From assembly GCF_009914755.1 (NCBI RefSeq), contig NC_060932.1: 64,000 nucleotides of DNA; one strand, given 5' to 3'. The position numbers were made by a program, and so were the translations under genes. Origin of the DNA: the human T2T-CHM13v2.0 reference genome, Homo sapiens. Of the stretch, positions 62,301-64,000 are shown one piece after another; positions within the stretch are counted from its first letter, which is position 1; every line of letters begins with the position of its first letter. The notes under the pieces are model-generated. The model was not told the origin of the DNA and did no database searches. It was given only the letters and a program-made list of their open reading frames with translations.

Positions 62301-63467
62301 TAGAGAACGGACTGAAACTGACATTGGTTCAAAGGAAACTCTAGAGGCAAATGGAATACCCCTGTAGTTTCACTGTATACAATAGGGTTTTTAAGATCAG
62401 TATTCAGGGCATATTTGAAAAGGAAACAAGTCATCCTTATTTGGCGATGGTACCCATGTGTAATACATAGAAGTGTTTTTTTATTCCTCTTTCTATTTAA
62501 ATCATAACCATTCTACCTGGCAGTGTGCAGATGCAGATATGACAGAGAATAACCATGACAATCACATCATTCCCAATTGGTGGGTAATAGGATCTCCTTT
62601 GCCCCTTTCTCTCAGTAATACTGGATTATTCATCTTGTATGGCAACAAAATATATAAATGTTTTCACCTATATGGTCTGGACACTGTGGTTTGGGCTATT
62701 TCCTACCTAAAATGACCAGATATGACTCTTTAAATGGTTGTGAAATTCTTAATCTGGGGTTGTTTGTACATGAAGTGATCCCTTACAAAAGAACTCCCTG
62801 TGATCTCCCAAACTCGAATATATGAAGGGGTTCTAGATTTTGTTCTTTGGTAAGATCGCTTTTTCTTTAGCTGGCAGTCTCTGAATTGGAAAAATGGCTT
62901 ATGGATATTTCAGCAACCCTTGAAAAAAAGTTTTAATGATACTTTCGATACTCTTCAAGCAATACAATCTGAGATGAGTCATTTGGTCTCACTGGAACTC
63001 CAGTAGAAGTTTAGCTGCTCACAGGGATGAGCTTTGGGTGAAACGTATTGTTTTTATGTTAATTAGATATTGTTGCCCCAAATTTAAAAGATCTTAATAA
63101 ATCAGAATTTTTTTTATCAGATAAGCAAGGCCTCCTCCATTGATTTATTCAGTTGGTTAAATTTTAGGCCCCTGGGAATCTTTGCTTAGAGGGATCTTTA
63201 AGTTCTTGCTACAGTTACTGTGTTTTCTTCCTTTGTGCTTTATATCCCCACAAGGGGTTCAAATGCTTTCCAGCAGCCACTCACACGTCAGATGATTGCC
63301 ATCAGGGAAGCTAACACTGTGTAAACTTGATGGAGGGTGCATGACTGAATCCCAACATAACTTTTGATGATAACAACTTTACCTGACTTTTCATCCCAAC
63401 TTCTGTGTCAGTAGTGGTTACAGGATAATGCTACTCCATTTGGCCACCCTCAAGCTGAGAGGGCAGC

Positions 63468-63645
63468 CAAAAGGGGGGAATTGTTAAAGCAAAATTAAAA
63501 TGGAGATCAGGCCTGAAAATACCTGACCAAAACCCCCATAAAACAAAGGCCTTTAAAACAGCCTTAATCTTCCTTGAATTGCAAACATAAGTGAAACTTA
63601 ACTTGGGTCATTTCCAATCAATGCTTTTGTTGGATAGAACTAAAA
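63468..63645 (+). promoter_or_regulatory. Polypurine tract and truncated 3' LTR
   Basis: aaaaggggggaat then TGTTAAAGCAAAATTAAAATGGAG, homologous to the 5' LTR start. Confidence 0.85.
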
Positions 63646-63860
63646 GGAGTTTGAGAGCAACCTGGGCAACATAGTAAGACCCTGTCTCTACAAAAAATTA
63701 AAAATTAGCCAGGCGTGAGAGTGCAGGCCTGTGGTCCTAGCTACTCAGGAGGCTGAGGCGGGAGGATCACTTGAGCCCAGGAGTTCTAGACTATGGTGAA
63801 CTATGATTGCCCCTGCTGCATTCCAGTCTGGGCAACAGAGTGAGGCCCTGTGTCTTAAAA
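63646..63860 (+). mobile_element. 5'-truncated AluJ
   Basis: ggagtttgagagcaacctgggcaacatag...ggatcacttgagcccaggag. Confidence 0.88.
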
Positions 63861-64000
63861 TTTCTTCTTAAATATATATTTACAGTTATGATTCATAATT
63901 TCTTAGAAAGGGGGCTTATAATCTTTGAAAAACGTTAGTACAAAGAGTAACTCTTCTAACTCTTTTGTTTGCCTCACTACGAGTACAATTATACATTTAA

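Noticed and set aside
61750-63400. Possible domesticated (syncytin-like) env gene
   Set aside because: Many stops and frameshifts; no ORF over ~90 aa

Overview
This is human (primate) genomic DNA lying entirely inside the PCM1 gene (pericentriolar material 1, centriolar-satellite scaffold, 8p22) on the + strand. I traced 21 canonical GT-AG coding exons (probably exons 16-36 of 39) that splice into one uninterrupted frame, about aa 775-1947 of the 2024-aa protein, plus an extra in-frame 57-nt cassette exon at 22719-22775. Exon and residue numbers come from my recollection of the reference protein. Introns are AT-rich and full of repeats: about 19 Alus, L1s of several ages, L2/MIR, hAT/TcMar DNA transposons, LTR fragments, and a decayed near-full-length sense-oriented class I ERV (MER101-like LTRs, gag-pro-pol-env remnants, 54782-63645). 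I found no wholly new gene system. The most interesting observations: (1) a very young L1HS-Ta insertion carrying a 3' transduction tag; (2) a perfect 24-nt copy of exon sequence pasted into the microsatellite I recognise as D8S261, and a second composite templated copy at 21041-21106; (3) an AG|GTAAGT recursive-splice-like site 37 nt upstream of exon 30; (4) an L1PB whose target-site duplication copied an exon's 5' splice site; (5) recent tandem duplications and a perfect hairpin near exons. Repeat subfamily names are from visual recognition, not an alignment run.
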